From the NCBI GenBank assembly GCA_963704885.1, contig CAVPIB010000004.1, positions 448,001 to 512,000 of the forward strand: 64,000 nt of DNA, written 5' to 3'. Positions 51,885 through 62,410 of this stretch are shown here, piece after piece. Below the pieces are notes generated by a model, which saw only the letters and a program-made list of their open reading frames with translations, did not search any database and was not told where the DNA came from. Origin of the DNA: an uncultured Actinomycetes bacterium. Its GTDB lineage: Bacteria > Actinomycetota > UBA4738 > HRBIN12. The position numbers and the translations under genes were made by a program. Positions within the stretch are counted from its first letter, which is position 1, and each line of letters starts with the position of its first letter.

Positions 51885-52216
51885 CTGTCGGGATCCTGGG
51901 AACGGGTCGCGGACCGGCGCCCCAGGAAGTAACCCGCCAGGAACTGGATCGCGGCCGATCCCACGAACACCAGGGCGAACCAGTCGTAGTTGCGCACATC
52001 GTCGATGAACGCTCGTCCGCGCGTGTCCGTCAGCGCATAGAGCAGGAACAATCCGGCCGATCCGAACCACAGGCCGACGCGGCCCGTGACGAACAGTGCG
52101 AAGAGCACATGATCGCGAACGTCAGAGCCGTCGAACGGCCTGCGGACCCAATACAGCAGCGATCGCACACCCAACGCGGTGAAGAGGACGACCATCGTGG
52201 CCTCGAGGACCTTCAC
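51881..52216 (-). CDS. Small membrane protein (three hydrophobic segments)
   Basis: VKVLEATMVVLFTALG...; GTGA overlap with the upstream PRTase gene. Confidence 0.65.
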   Translation of the reverse strand: MKVLEATMVVLFTALGVRSLLYWVRRPFDGSDVRDHVLFALFVTGRVGLWFGSAGLFLLYALTDTRGRAFIDDVRNYDWFALVFVGSAAIQFLAGYFLGRRSATRSQDPDS

Positions 52217-52878
52217 AGGCGTCCTTCGAGGATCTGGATGACCTCGTCGTCCGAGACCTGATCGAACGTCAGGTACCACTCCCCCACGGCGGCGAACGAG
52301 GGCGGCGTCTCCATGACGATCACCTCGTCGGCCTCCTGGGCGAGCCTGCGGACCGTCTCCCTGGGCCCGACGGGGACCGCGAACACCACGCGGACGGCTC
52401 CCTGCGCTCGGCACCACCTGAGCGCCGCCATCGCCGTTGCCCCGGTGGCCACACCATCGTCGACGACCACGACCGTGGTGCCGGCGATCGCCGTCGCGTC
52501 CCCTCCCGAGCGGTACAGCTTCGTCCTCCTGAGGATCTCCTCCTCCTGACGCCCGATCTCTTCCTCGACGTAGCGCTCAGGGACCCCGAGCGCTCGGAGG
52601 AGGCGCTCGTCCAGGACCCGAACGCCCGGCGCGATCGCACCGATCGCGAGCTCGGGATTGCCCGGAGCCCCCAACTTGCGAGGGACCACCACGTCGAGCG
52701 GGGCCTTGAGGGCGTCGGAGACGGGGGCGGCGACCACGACTCCGCCGCGCGGTATCCCTAAGACGACCACGTGTTCACCCCGGAACCGGCCGACGAGCGA
52801 CGCCGCCAGGAGCTCCCCCGCCTCCACCCGATCACGGAACACCCCTCGATGATGCACCTCCGTCGCCTGACCGGCCAT
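52213..52878 (-). CDS. Phosphoribosyltransferase family protein
   Basis: FRDRVEAG, GIPRGGV, RKLGAPGNPELAIGA, VVVDDGVATGAT PRPP loop. Confidence 0.9.
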   Translation of the reverse strand: MAGQATEVHHRGVFRDRVEAGELLAASLVGRFRGEHVVVLGIPRGGVVVAAPVSDALKAPLDVVVPRKLGAPGNPELAIGAIAPGVRVLDERLLRALGVPERYVEEEIGRQEEEILRRTKLYRSGGDATAIAGTTVVVVDDGVATGATAMAALRWCRAQGAVRVVFAVPVGPRETVRRLAQEADEVIVMETPPSFAAVGEWYLTFDQVSDDEVIQILEGRL

Positions 52879-52963
52879 CCGTGGTCAGGACGGCGGTGCG
52901 CGTTGCGCCCGCCGTCACGCCGGGGCTAGCATGGCGCTCCCATCGAGCACAGGAGGCGTCCAG

Positions 52964-53197
52964 GTGGTCAATGCGTACATCCTCATCCAGACCGAGGTCG
53001 GGAAGGCCGCGGCCGTGGCGCAGGAGGTCCGAGCGATCTCGGGGGTCGCCGAGGCGGAAGACGTCACGGGTCCTTACGACGTGATCGTGCGCGCAGAGGC
53101 CAAGTCGGTCGACGAGTTGGGCAAGCTGGTCGTGGCCAGCATCCAGGCCGTGGAAGGGATAACGCGCACCCTCACCTGCCCGGTGGTGCACCTGTAG
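52964..53197 (+). CDS. Lrp/AsnC ligand-binding domain protein
   Basis: AYILIQTEVGKA, VTGPYDVI, ITRTLTCPV; AGGAGG RBS. Confidence 0.88.
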   Translation: MVNAYILIQTEVGKAAAVAQEVRAISGVAEAEDVTGPYDVIVRAEAKSVDELGKLVVASIQAVEGITRTLTCPVVHL

Positions 53198-53200
53198 GGA

Positions 53201-54325
53201 TCAGGTTCCACCCAGCTCGCGGACGCCCGTATCCTTGCCCTGCTCGGTCGCGTGTCGTTCCACGGCCAGATCCAGGAGTCGCTCCACCAGCTCGCCGTAC
53301 GTCAGGCCTGACGCCTCCCAGAGCTTGGGATACATCGATATCTGTGTGAACCCGGGGATCGTGTTGATCTCGTTAACCCAGAGCTCGTCCTCGCCTCGCA
53401 GGAAGAAGTCGACGCGCGCCATGCCGGCGCATTCCGCGGCGCGGAACGCCGTCACCGCCATCCGCTGGACCCTGTCCATCAGATCGGGCTTCAAGTCCGC
53501 CGGCACCTCGAGCCGGGCGCCCGCCTGGTCCAGATACTTCGCTTCGTAGTCGTAGAACTCGTGACCCGTGGGGACGACCTCGCCGGCGACCGACGCGACC
53601 GGATCGTCGTTGCCAAGAACCGCGCACTCGATCTCGCGGATACCTTGGAGGCCTTGCTCGACGACCGCCTTGCGGGCGTACCGGAAGGCCTCCCGCATGC
53701 CGGCATCGACCTCACCGGGAGTCCGCACCTTGGTGATGCCCACGGAGGAACCCAACGTTGCGGGCTTCGTGAACACCGGGAACCCCAAGCCGCCGACTCG
53801 AGCGGCGGCGCCCTCAGGGTCCTCGTCCCACTCGGACTCGCGCACCACCTCGTACGGCACGACGGGCAGTCCCGCCGCCGCGAAGAGCACCTTCTGTACC
53901 GCCTTGTCCATCCCGACGGCCGAGCCGAGAACCCCCGCCCCCACGTAGGGCACCCCCGCGAGCTCCAACAGCCCCTGCACCGCTCCGTCCTCTCCGCGCG
54001 GTCCGTGCAAGACCGGAAAGACCACGTCGATCGGCTGGCGCGAGCCGTCGGCGGCCACGAGCTCTCGCGATCCGGATCCGCCCTTCAGCTCCACCGCGTC
54101 GCCGGCGCCGGCGGTGACCGCAGGCATGACGCCAGACTCACTCGGGAGCGCGGGCGGCCCTGGGAGCCGGACCCACGTCCCCTCCCGGGTGATGCCGATC
54201 GCGAGTATCTCGTTCGTCGCGGCATCCAGGGCATCCATCACGGACCGGGCGGAGATACACGAGATCTCATGTTCGGCAGATCGGCCGCCGAACAAGACGG
54301 CGACGCGACGCCTTCGGTGGCTCAC
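53201..54325 (-). CDS. ddl: D-alanine--D-alanine ligase
   Basis: FGGRSAEHEIS, LHGPRGEDG, GSSVG, FYDYEAKY, NEINTIPGFT. Confidence 0.96.
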   Translation of the reverse strand: MSHRRRRVAVLFGGRSAEHEISCISARSVMDALDAATNEILAIGITREGTWVRLPGPPALPSESGVMPAVTAGAGDAVELKGGSGSRELVAADGSRQPIDVVFPVLHGPRGEDGAVQGLLELAGVPYVGAGVLGSAVGMDKAVQKVLFAAAGLPVVPYEVVRESEWDEDPEGAAARVGGLGFPVFTKPATLGSSVGITKVRTPGEVDAGMREAFRYARKAVVEQGLQGIREIECAVLGNDDPVASVAGEVVPTGHEFYDYEAKYLDQAGARLEVPADLKPDLMDRVQRMAVTAFRAAECAGMARVDFFLRGEDELWVNEINTIPGFTQISMYPKLWEASGLTYGELVERLLDLAVERHATEQGKDTGVRELGGT

Positions 54326-55509
54326 ACCTTCTCCAGCGCCCGATCGAAGTCCTCGATGATGTCGTCGAGGTCCTCGAGCCCGACGCTTACCCTGACCAGA
54401 CTGTCGGCGATCCCCGCCCGCCGTCTGGCCTCCGGATCCATCTGCCGGTGCGTCGTCGAGGCTGCGTGGCTCACGAGCGTGTGTGCCCCGCCGAGGCTTG
54501 TGGCGACCCACGCCAGCTCCAGCGCGTCACAGAAGGCCTTGCCTCCGTCCACGCCGCCGGATACCTCGACCGCGAGCACCCCACCGCAGCCGTGCGGCAG
54601 GATCCTTTCCGCCACCGCCTTCTGCGGGTGGGAGTCGAGCGCCGGGTACCAGACGCGCTCCACCTTGGGATGGATCTCCAGGAACGTCGCAAGGCGTGAG
54701 GTGCTCTCACAATGCCGCTCCATCCGGAGCGAGAGCGTCACCAGTCCACGCATGCAGAGCCAAGCCTCGAACGGCGCCATGGTGCCGCCGGTGTCGATGA
54801 CGGTATCTCTCAGGCCCTCGCACGCTGCAGCGGACGCGCAGACCACGCCGCCTATCAGGTCGTTGTGTCCCCCGATGAACTTGGTCGCCGAGTGCAAGAC
54901 GTAGTCGAATCCGTACCCCGTGGGGTTGCTCAGGTAGGGCGACGCGAACGTGCCGTCGACGACCGCGGGGATACCCTCGGCCCGGCAGAGCGCGCCGAGG
55001 GTCTCCAGGTCGGCCACGGTCACGTTCGGGTTGGCGATCGTCTCCACGTAGAAGAACGCTGCGCCCGGCAGGGCCGCGGCGACCGCATCCAGATCATGCG
55101 GATCCACCAGGTCGACGGCGATGCCGTAGCGGGGCATCACCTTCGTGAACAGCGAGTACGCGCCGCCGTAGAGCTCGTTGCTCGAGACTATGCGATCGCC
55201 CGACGCCGCCAGCGTGGTGAAGACCGTGTGCATGGCCGCCATCCCCGACGCGAACGAGAACGCGCTCTCGGTGCCCTCAAGGTCTGCCATGAGCGCCTCG
55301 AACGCCTGGGTGGTGGGGTTCCCGTAGCCGCGCGTATACGTGAACCCGGGTTCGCGGAAGCTGATGGTGTCCGCGTAGTGGTCCGAGTCGGCGAACCGAT
55401 ACATGGAGGTCTGGAAGATCGGCACGCTCGGGGTCTCTTGGTCGATCCAAGGCGTCTTGGCCCCGTGGACGGCCCTCGTCGAGAAGCGGCGTCCCCTCTC
55501 GTCGGCCAT
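54322..55509 (-). CDS. Cys/Met metabolism PLP-dependent enzyme (cystathionine gamma-synthase / methionine gamma-lyase family)
   Basis: YTRGYGNPT, FASGMAA, HSATKFIGGH, SLGG, RVSVGLE. Confidence 0.9.
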   Translation of the reverse strand: MADERGRRFSTRAVHGAKTPWIDQETPSVPIFQTSMYRFADSDHYADTISFREPGFTYTRGYGNPTTQAFEALMADLEGTESAFSFASGMAAMHTVFTTLAASGDRIVSSNELYGGAYSLFTKVMPRYGIAVDLVDPHDLDAVAAALPGAAFFYVETIANPNVTVADLETLGALCRAEGIPAVVDGTFASPYLSNPTGYGFDYVLHSATKFIGGHNDLIGGVVCASAAACEGLRDTVIDTGGTMAPFEAWLCMRGLVTLSLRMERHCESTSRLATFLEIHPKVERVWYPALDSHPQKAVAERILPHGCGGVLAVEVSGGVDGGKAFCDALELAWVATSLGGAHTLVSHAASTTHRQMDPEARRRAGIADSLVRVSVGLEDLDDIIEDFDRALEKV

Positions 55510-55519
55510 GAACTCCAGC

Positions 55520-56218
55520 CTACCCGTCGGTCGCCCAGCGCTTCGGGTACCGGGTCCGTAGATCCTCCGCCACGACCGTGATCGCGGCCATGAGCTCGGC
55601 GGTCATAGAATGCAGCGCCTCGAGGTCGTTGGCCTGGTCCGCTCTCTCCGAGAAGTCGAGCGGAGGCCCGGTCTTCGTCCAGATCGGACGCCCGAACTTC
55701 AAGCTGCCCATGCCGGACTTCTGCCACACGGCCCGAGAGCCCCAGCTCGCCATCGGGAGGATGGGGACGCCGCTCATGAGCGATAGGCGAACGGTTCCGG
55801 TCTTGCCGCCCATCGGGAGGGAATCGGCCCGGTCGGTCACCGTTCCCTCCGGGTAGACGAGCACCACCTCCCCCGCCTCGAGTGCCTCCTGCGCCTCACG
55901 GAGCGGGGTCTGGTCACCGGTCCCGCGGCTCACCGGGATCTGACCGGCGCCGCGGAGCGCCGTGCCCACCACCGGGATATCGAACAGTTGGTCCTTCGCT
56001 AGGAACCGCGGACGACGGCCTCGGCGGATAACGGCCTCGGCGTTCGCGAACGGATCGAGGTAAGAGATGTGGTTACAGGCGATGAGGGCCGGCCCCTCGG
56101 CGGGGATGCGTTCGAGCTCCTCGAACCGCCACGAGAACCAGAGCCTCACCGGCGGAAGCCCGACGGCCTTCGCGACGTGGTACCAGGGTTCCAGTGGACG
56201 ACCTCCGTCTCCGCCCAC
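55520..56218 (-). CDS. plsC: 1-acyl-sn-glycerol-3-phosphate acyltransferase family
   Basis: NHISYLD, FLAK, YPEGT motifs. Confidence 0.88.
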   Translation of the reverse strand: MGGDGGRPLEPWYHVAKAVGLPPVRLWFSWRFEELERIPAEGPALIACNHISYLDPFANAEAVIRRGRRPRFLAKDQLFDIPVVGTALRGAGQIPVSRGTGDQTPLREAQEALEAGEVVLVYPEGTVTDRADSLPMGGKTGTVRLSLMSGVPILPMASWGSRAVWQKSGMGSLKFGRPIWTKTGPPLDFSERADQANDLEALHSMTAELMAAITVVAEDLRTRYPKRWATDG

Positions 56219-56219
56219 G

Positions 56220-56873
56220 CTAGTGATGGTCCCTCTGGTCGGCGTCGGGGCGCAGACGGTCGAGCAGCCGCCACGCCAGGGGCAGCACACCGGCGGCCGC
56301 CATAAGCTTCAACGTGTCGCCGATGATGAATGGGTACAGCCCGAACGAGAGCGCCGTCTCAAGCGTCACCGGTGCCCCTTCGATCTCCGGTGGCAGCGCG
56401 TGGTAGAGCCACGGAACGCCTACCGCGTAGATGACGATCGAGCCGAGCAACATGGCGCCGATCGAGCTCCGGAGCGAGCGGTCCCAACCGCGGCGGGCGA
56501 GCCAGCCGACCACGGCGGCGGCGAGCACGAAGCCCCACAGGTACCCACCGGTGAGCGAGCCCGCGCGTAACACGGCCAGACCGGTGTCGTGGGAGCCGCT
56601 GGGGTCCGGGGCGAACACAGGGAGCCCCACCACCCCCCACAGCAGGTACAACCCCAGCGTGGCGGCCCCCAGCCCCGGGCCGTAGGCCGCCCCCACCAGT
56701 AGGACGCCGAGCGTCTGTCCGGTTACAGGAACCGGCGTGAACGGCAGGTTGAACGAGATCTGTGCCAGGCCGGCGATCAGCGCGCTGCCGGTCAGAGCGC
56801 ACGCGATCTGGAACGCGACGCGGGCTCCCGCCTGCGACCGCGGGGGCGCCAGGGTGAGCGCGATCGTGGACAC
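56220..56873 (-). CDS. bioY: Biotin transporter BioY
   Basis: PVPVTGQT, GLPVFA, TGGYLWGF, PFIIGDTLK. Confidence 0.92.
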   Translation of the reverse strand: MSTIALTLAPPRSQAGARVAFQIACALTGSALIAGLAQISFNLPFTPVPVTGQTLGVLLVGAAYGPGLGAATLGLYLLWGVVGLPVFAPDPSGSHDTGLAVLRAGSLTGGYLWGFVLAAAVVGWLARRGWDRSLRSSIGAMLLGSIVIYAVGVPWLYHALPPEIEGAPVTLETALSFGLYPFIIGDTLKLMAAAGVLPLAWRLLDRLRPDADQRDHH

Positions 56874-56940
56874 GTTGGAGACCCTCCTCCTGTGGTTGGG
56901 AGTGAGGTTACCGCGCGCGGTGGGCTACCCTTGGCACCCC

Positions 56941-57585
56941 GTGCGCGCCATCGTCCTGCCCGTGAAGTCCTTGTCCGAGACGAAGTCCCGCCTGTCTCCG
57001 GTGCTCTCGCTGCTCGAACGCGGGGCTCTCACCTTGGCGATGCTCGAAGACGTCATGGACGCGACCCAGGCCATGGCGGGGTGGGAGACCTGGGTGATCT
57101 CTCCCGACGAGGCCGTCTTGGAGGTAGCCGTCACGCGTGGTGCGCGTGCGATCATCGAGGAGAAGCCCCCTTTGTCGAACGCGATCCGCCAGGTGGAAGA
57201 GGAGGCGACGGGGCGGTCGGTGGACGCGCTCGCCGTGCTTCTGCCCGATACTCCGCTGGTAACGACGGAGGCGCTCACGCGGGCGCTGCATACGCTCGGA
57301 CCGGTGGTGCTTGCCCCCTCCACGGACGAGGGCGGAACGAACCTGCTGGTCCGCCGGCCGCCGAGCGCGATCCACGCGCGGTTCGGCACGGATTCGTATC
57401 GCAAACATCTCGAGGCCGCCGCCCTGGCGGATCTGCCCACGGCGGTGGTCGAGACGCCCGAGCTCGGCTTCGACCTGGACCTCCCGGCAGATATCCTCAC
57501 GGTGCTCGAGGCGCGGCGAGGTGGCCGGACGCGGGCGGTATGCCTGGACATGGACCTCCCGGCGCGCATCGGGACCCGCACCTGA
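56941..57585 (+). CDS. cofC: 2-phospho-L-lactate/PEP guanylyltransferase (F420 biosynthesis)
   Basis: VLPVK...KSRL, AMLEDV, D.P, GGTNLL, FG..S..KH, DLDLPAD. Confidence 0.88.
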   Translation: MRAIVLPVKSLSETKSRLSPVLSLLERGALTLAMLEDVMDATQAMAGWETWVISPDEAVLEVAVTRGARAIIEEKPPLSNAIRQVEEEATGRSVDALAVLLPDTPLVTTEALTRALHTLGPVVLAPSTDEGGTNLLVRRPPSAIHARFGTDSYRKHLEAAALADLPTAVVETPELGFDLDLPADILTVLEARRGGRTRAVCLDMDLPARIGTRT

Positions 57586-57601
57586 AGACGAGGAGATCAC
57601 G

Positions 57602-57811
57602 GTGGCCCAAGGAACGATCAAGGAGTTCGACGGACCCAGTCGGAGCGGCTCGCTCCTGATGGAGGACCGCACGGAGGTCGCGATCGATGCGACGTCCCTG
57701 GAGGGAGCCGGGCTTCGCACGCTCCGGATCGGGCAGCGCGTGAAGTTCGACCTCTCCGACGAGGCCGGGCGCAAGGTGGCCCGGTCGCTCCGGATCGTGA
57801 CGATCGACTAG
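57602..57811 (+). CDS. Cold-shock-like OB-fold small protein
   Basis: QGTIKEFD...RSGSLL, GLRTLRIGQRV; GAGGAG RBS; follows cofC. Confidence 0.75.
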   Translation: MAQGTIKEFDGPSRSGSLLMEDRTEVAIDATSLEGAGLRTLRIGQRVKFDLSDEAGRKVARSLRIVTID

Positions 57812-58107
57812 CCCTTCTTCTTGCGTCCCTTCGTCAAGACCTGCTGGCGGAACTCTTTGCCGGGCGTGAACGCCGGCAGATCGCGGGCAGGCACCACGAT
57901 CGGAACGTCGGGTCGGCGGGGATTCCTTGCGACGCGCTGGTTACGGTGCTTGCGTTCGAACGTGCCGAAGTCGGCGAGTGTCACCCGCTCGCCTTTCACG
58001 ACCGTCTCGCGGATGGCGTCGATGGCCGCGTCCACGGCTCTGCCGACATCCGCCTTGCTGAGACCCGTTCGCTTGGAGACCTCTGCGACCAAGCCACCTT
58101 TGTTCAT
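57808..58107 (-). CDS. hup: HU family DNA-binding protein
   Basis: MNK..LV, FGTFE, ARNPR, PAFTPGK. Confidence 0.92.
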   Translation of the reverse strand: MNKGGLVAEVSKRTGLSKADVGRAVDAAIDAIRETVVKGERVTLADFGTFERKHRNQRVARNPRRPDVPIVVPARDLPAFTPGKEFRQQVLTKGRKKKG

Positions 58108-58224
58108 GGACGCGCTCCCTCCGAGGTCGTCTGGCGTTCGGGTCACCGTAGTCCCAAGCGGCGCAAGGGGTCAAACCGGGTCCGCGCGTTCAAGAACCGC
58201 GGCTCAGAGAACGATGATGGATGG

Positions 58225-59097
58225 ATGAGGAACCTCGTCGCCGGGCTCGTGCTCGCGGTATCGCTCGTAGGTTGCGCCAACGCCCCGAGCGCCGGTGACG
58301 GCGGTGGAGCGATCGATCCCGCCGCGATCTTGATCGCGGCGGCCGAGAAGACGGAGGCGGCGGGCTCCGCCCATCTGGCGTTCGCCTTCTCGGTCCAGTC
58401 GGGAGACACCGCCCAGTCGTTCACCGGGGACGCCGACGTCAACTTCGGCAACGGCGATCCCGCGACCGCCGAGGCCCATATGCGATTCGCGTTCCCGAAG
58501 ACGCTGGGGATGGACATCGGTTCCATGGAGATGACCCTCGACGCGGGACCGGTCGTCTACTTGAAGTCCCCGGTCTTCACCGAGATGCTCGGTGCGCCCA
58601 CTCCATGGATCAAGATCGATCCCGCCACGGTCCCCGGGATGGCCGGCCAGCTGGGGTCACTCACCGGTGGCCAGTCCGACCCGACCGGCTCCCTGACGAT
58701 GCTCTACGGCCTGGTCGACGTGAAGGAGATCGGCGTGGAGGCGGTCGATGGGACCCAGGCGACCCACTACCGCGCCACGTTCGACCTCGCCAAAGCGCTC
58801 GAGCAGATCCCGGCCGCCCATCGCGAGGCGCTTCAACAGGCGATGGACGGGATGAAGCAACAGACGGGGGGTCACGACCTCACGAGCATGCCGATCGACA
58901 TCTGGGTGGATGACGATGGATACCTGAAGCAGCTTCAGTACGTCTTCGAGATCTCAGAAGGGGCGACCGGCGATGGGGGCTCGTTCGGGATGATCCTGAC
59001 GCTCTCGAACGTGGGCGATCCGGTGGATATCCAGCCGCCCCCGGCAGATCAGGTGACGGACGTCCTCGACCTGGCGCCGTCCACAGCCACGCCGTAG
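58225..59097 (+). CDS. LppX/LprAFG-like lipoprotein
   Basis: Lipobox LVGC; PWIKID, VDG..ATHY, DIWVDDDG motifs. Confidence 0.75.
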   Translation: MRNLVAGLVLAVSLVGCANAPSAGDGGGAIDPAAILIAAAEKTEAAGSAHLAFAFSVQSGDTAQSFTGDADVNFGNGDPATAEAHMRFAFPKTLGMDIGSMEMTLDAGPVVYLKSPVFTEMLGAPTPWIKIDPATVPGMAGQLGSLTGGQSDPTGSLTMLYGLVDVKEIGVEAVDGTQATHYRATFDLAKALEQIPAAHREALQQAMDGMKQQTGGHDLTSMPIDIWVDDDGYLKQLQYVFEISEGATGDGGSFGMILTLSNVGDPVDIQPPPADQVTDVLDLAPSTATP

Positions 59098-59160
59098 CTG
59101 CTCGGTCCACGACCGGGTAGTTGGTATCCTGCCCCTCGAGTCGGCAACGGCTCGACACGG

Positions 59161-59231
59161 TGGCCCGTGGGGTAATGGTAGCCCGACTGACTCTGGATCA
59201 GTTAGTCTTGGTTCGAATCCAGGCGGGCCAG
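59161..59231 (+). tRNA. tRNA-Gln (anticodon CTG)
   Basis: Acceptor TGGCCCG/CGGGCCA, anticodon arm ACTGA-CTCTGGA-TCAGT, T-arm GGTTCGAATCC; CCA not encoded. Confidence 0.95.
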
Positions 59232-59262
59232 CTAGGTTGCAGCGCAGACGCTCTCGAGACCC

Positions 59263-60882
59263 TCAGTTCCGCAGTGGCCAGAGATCCAGGATCAGCGGTG
59301 GGAGCGGCTGCTGAGTGAAGTCGAAGTCGTCGGCCAGATCTCCAAGGATCGCCACTTCCTCACGCACCGTCGGTCTGGAGTCGGGCCAGCCGTCGGTCGC
59401 GGGATCTAGCCGAGCCCCGCCCAAGAACCGATCCTCGATCAGCTTCAGATACGCGTCGTAAGACAAGACCTGGTGGTCGATGAAGCCGGGCCTCGCCCAT
59501 GGGCTGATGACCATGCTGGGCACGCGGAGCCCCCAGCCGTTCTCGTCCACCACGGGCGGCTCCACGTGGTCGTAGAACCCGCCCCAGTCGTCCCACACCA
59601 AGAAGATCGCCGATCGTTCCCATGCGGGGCCAGCCATGACGGCGTTCACGATCTTCGTCACCCACGACATGCCATCCTGGATGTTGTCCGGAGGATGCTC
59701 GGCCCGGTCCACCACCGGCATCACCCACGACACCGAGGGGATATCGCCGGTCCTGGCGCCCCGGAAGAACTCTGTGTTGGGCCTGATCTCGCTCAACTGT
59801 CCGGTCGCCTGCACGGACAGGAACCCCGGCAGAGGGTTCTGCACCGGGGCGGTCTCTATGCCCATGAGGTCCTCGCACGGCGGCGCGATACAGGTTCCCG
59901 GACCCACGTAGTAAGACCAGCTGACGCCGTGGGTGTAGAGCATCCACGTTATGTCCGCCCAGATGAAGGGGCGCGGGCCGCCGTCGGCCGGGACCCACTG
60001 CTTCCCCGTCTTGGCCCAGATCCCACCGGGGAACTGCTGGTCGGACGAGCAGCTCATGGGATCTTCCAGGTCCGTGCAGGTTGCCGACCAGCCCGAGACC
60101 AGGAACAGATGCGCGGGAAGCGTCCACGAGTCGGTCGGCGCGAACATGCGGTCGTGCAGCGTGAAGGCCTTCGCGTAGGCCCAGTAGTTCGGGATCTCCG
60201 CCTCGGTGTGATAGCCCATGACATCGGGCTGACCCTGGGGCCCGTCCTTCGACTGCCTGCACGGGAACTCCTCCGGATGCTTCATGCAGCCGTTCCCGAT
60301 CGCTCGGAGGGACCGTACGAATCCGTCCATCTGACCGCCGTTGATGTCGATGTCCGACGCGATCTCACCGTGGGGGCCGGCCTGATCGAACGTGTTCGTG
60401 TCGTGGTAGGGGCGATGGCAGACCCCGGGCTGATCGGGATCCGGGACGCACACATCGATCCTGCCTTGATCGTCGAGCGGGAACCCGTCAGCCCCGGGGA
60501 AGGTCCCGAAATAGTGATCGAAGGACCGGTTCTCCATGACGATGAAGATCAGGTGATCCAGGTTGAAGATCCCCGCCTCGGGATCGATCGGACGCTCGGG
60601 GTCTGGGCTCGGGCTCGGTTCGGGGGGATCCTCGAGCAACGAGGTGTCGACTCCGTTCGGAGCGGCGTCAGGGTCCGGCTCGTCGACCAGGTTCGGAGCG
60701 CCGAGCACCCCCTTAGGTGACGGCTCATCCGACGGCGCCGAGCTCGTGGACGCCGAGGTAGGAGACGCCGCGCTGGCGGCAGGGCTCCCGGATGGCTCGG
60801 CTCCCCCTCCCGTGCATGCGGCCGCCACCATCGCCGCGAAGGTCACAGAGGCCATCGTCCTGAGGGGTTCGCGGCGCGCCAT
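59263..60882 (-). CDS. Phospholipase C / acid phosphatase (phosphoesterase) family lipoprotein, paralogue 3
   Basis: Lipobox AAAC, Pro/Ser linker, [31 protein letters not shown]. Confidence 0.9.
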   Translation of the reverse strand: MARREPLRTMASVTFAAMVAAACTGGGAEPSGSPAASAASPTSASTSSAPSDEPSPKGVLGAPNLVDEPDPDAAPNGVDTSLLEDPPEPSPSPDPERPIDPEAGIFNLDHLIFIVMENRSFDHYFGTFPGADGFPLDDQGRIDVCVPDPDQPGVCHRPYHDTNTFDQAGPHGEIASDIDINGGQMDGFVRSLRAIGNGCMKHPEEFPCRQSKDGPQGQPDVMGYHTEAEIPNYWAYAKAFTLHDRMFAPTDSWTLPAHLFLVSGWSATCTDLEDPMSCSSDQQFPGGIWAKTGKQWVPADGGPRPFIWADITWMLYTHGVSWSYYVGPGTCIAPPCEDLMGIETAPVQNPLPGFLSVQATGQLSEIRPNTEFFRGARTGDIPSVSWVMPVVDRAEHPPDNIQDGMSWVTKIVNAVMAGPAWERSAIFLVWDDWGGFYDHVEPPVVDENGWGLRVPSMVISPWARPGFIDHQVLSYDAYLKLIEDRFLGGARLDPATDGWPDSRPTVREEVAILGDLADDFDFTQQPLPPLILDLWPLRN

Positions 60883-62363
60883 CAGCGATCCGGCCAGGGG
60901 TCGAGGATCAACGGCGGGATCGGCTCCTGATCGAAGTTGAACTCGAGCGCCAGGTCGCCCAACACGGGCACGTCCTCGCGGACCGTGGGCCGCGAATCCG
61001 GCCACCCATCGGTTCTCGGATCCAGACGCTCCCCGTCCAGGAACAGGTCCTCGATGAACTTCAGGTACGCGTCGAAGGAGAACGTCTGATGATCCACGAA
61101 ACCCGGTCTCGCCCAGGGGCTGATCAGCAGACCGGGAACCCGGATCCCGTAACCGTTGGCGTCCACCTTCGGTGGCTCCAGGTGGTCGTAGAACCCTCCC
61201 CAGTCGTCCCAGGTGATGAAGATGGCCGTGTGCAGCCAATCGGGTCCCTTCATGGCAGCGTTCACCACCTTGGTCACCCAGGCCTGTCCGTTGCCGATGT
61301 CGTCGGGGGGGTGTTCGCCCCTATTGACGGTGGGCATGACCCACGAGACCGCCGGCAGGGTCCCGTCGGCGGCCGCGCGGAAGTAGTGATCGTTCGACTT
61401 GATGTTCTTGAGCTGATGGTTCACCGCGACGGTCTTGAAGCCCGGCAGCGTGTTCTGTACAGGAACCGTGTCCTCCTGGTCGGGCTTCGGACCGCACCCG
61501 GGACGCAGGCACGTGCCCGAACCCACGTAGTAGGCCCAGCTGACGTGGTGCTTGTGGAGCAGCCAAGTGATGTCCGCCCAGATGTAGGGGCGGGGTGCGC
61601 CGTCGGCGGGCCTCCATGTCCTCCCATTGTCCGCGGCGTTGCGGCCGGGCAGATCCAGGTCGGAGCGGCAGCTCATAGGATCTTTCAGGTCGGGACAGGT
61701 GGCGGCCCAACCCGAGACTAGGTACAGGTGCGCCGGCAGGGTCCACGAAGACTGCGGAGCGAACATGCGGTCCTGAAGCGTGAAATGCCGAGCGTAGGCC
61801 CAGTAGTTCGGGATCTCGGCGGCCGTGTGGTAGCCCATGATGTCGGGTTGACCGGCGGGGCCCGGATCCGCCTGCCGGCAGGCGTAGGGATCTGGTCTCT
61901 TCTCGCATCCGTTGCCGTACCGGCGCAGAGCCCGGACGAACCCGTCCATCCGACCACCGCCGATCGACATCAGCGACCCTGCCATCCCGTGTGGCCCTCC
62001 TCGATCGAACCGGTTCGTGTCGTGGTAGGGACGCCGGCATCGATCGGACTCGGGATCCGGAAGGCAGACGTCGATGCGGCCGCGCGCATCGCGCGGGAAG
62101 CCCTCCGCACCCGGGAACGTGCCGAAGTAATGGTCGAACGACCGGTTCTCCTGCACCACCACGATGACGTGGCGGATGTTGTTGATCCCGATGTCGGGGT
62201 CGATGGGTGGGTCCAGGGACGGGCGTGGCGTTGGACTAGCGGCGGCGAGCGCCTGCACACCGGGTTCGGTGGGTCCCGCCGGTTCGCCGCTGCAAGCTGC
62301 GGCGACGATCGCCCCCAGGCACAACAGCGCGACCGGCATCGCGTTGCGTGAGGGTGGCCGCAT
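60882..62363 (-). CDS. Phosphoesterase family lipoprotein, paralogue 2
   Basis: Lipobox [34 protein letters not shown]. Confidence 0.9.
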   Translation of the reverse strand: MRPPSRNAMPVALLCLGAIVAAACSGEPAGPTEPGVQALAAASPTPRPSLDPPIDPDIGINNIRHVIVVVQENRSFDHYFGTFPGAEGFPRDARGRIDVCLPDPESDRCRRPYHDTNRFDRGGPHGMAGSLMSIGGGRMDGFVRALRRYGNGCEKRPDPYACRQADPGPAGQPDIMGYHTAAEIPNYWAYARHFTLQDRMFAPQSSWTLPAHLYLVSGWAATCPDLKDPMSCRSDLDLPGRNAADNGRTWRPADGAPRPYIWADITWLLHKHHVSWAYYVGSGTCLRPGCGPKPDQEDTVPVQNTLPGFKTVAVNHQLKNIKSNDHYFRAAADGTLPAVSWVMPTVNRGEHPPDDIGNGQAWVTKVVNAAMKGPDWLHTAIFITWDDWGGFYDHLEPPKVDANGYGIRVPGLLISPWARPGFVDHQTFSFDAYLKFIEDLFLDGERLDPRTDGWPDSRPTVREDVPVLGDLALEFNFDQEPIPPLILDPWPDR

Positions 62364-62410
62364 CGAGGACCGATGCTACCCGGTCGGTCCCCTCACCTCC
62401 CAGGCGGCCC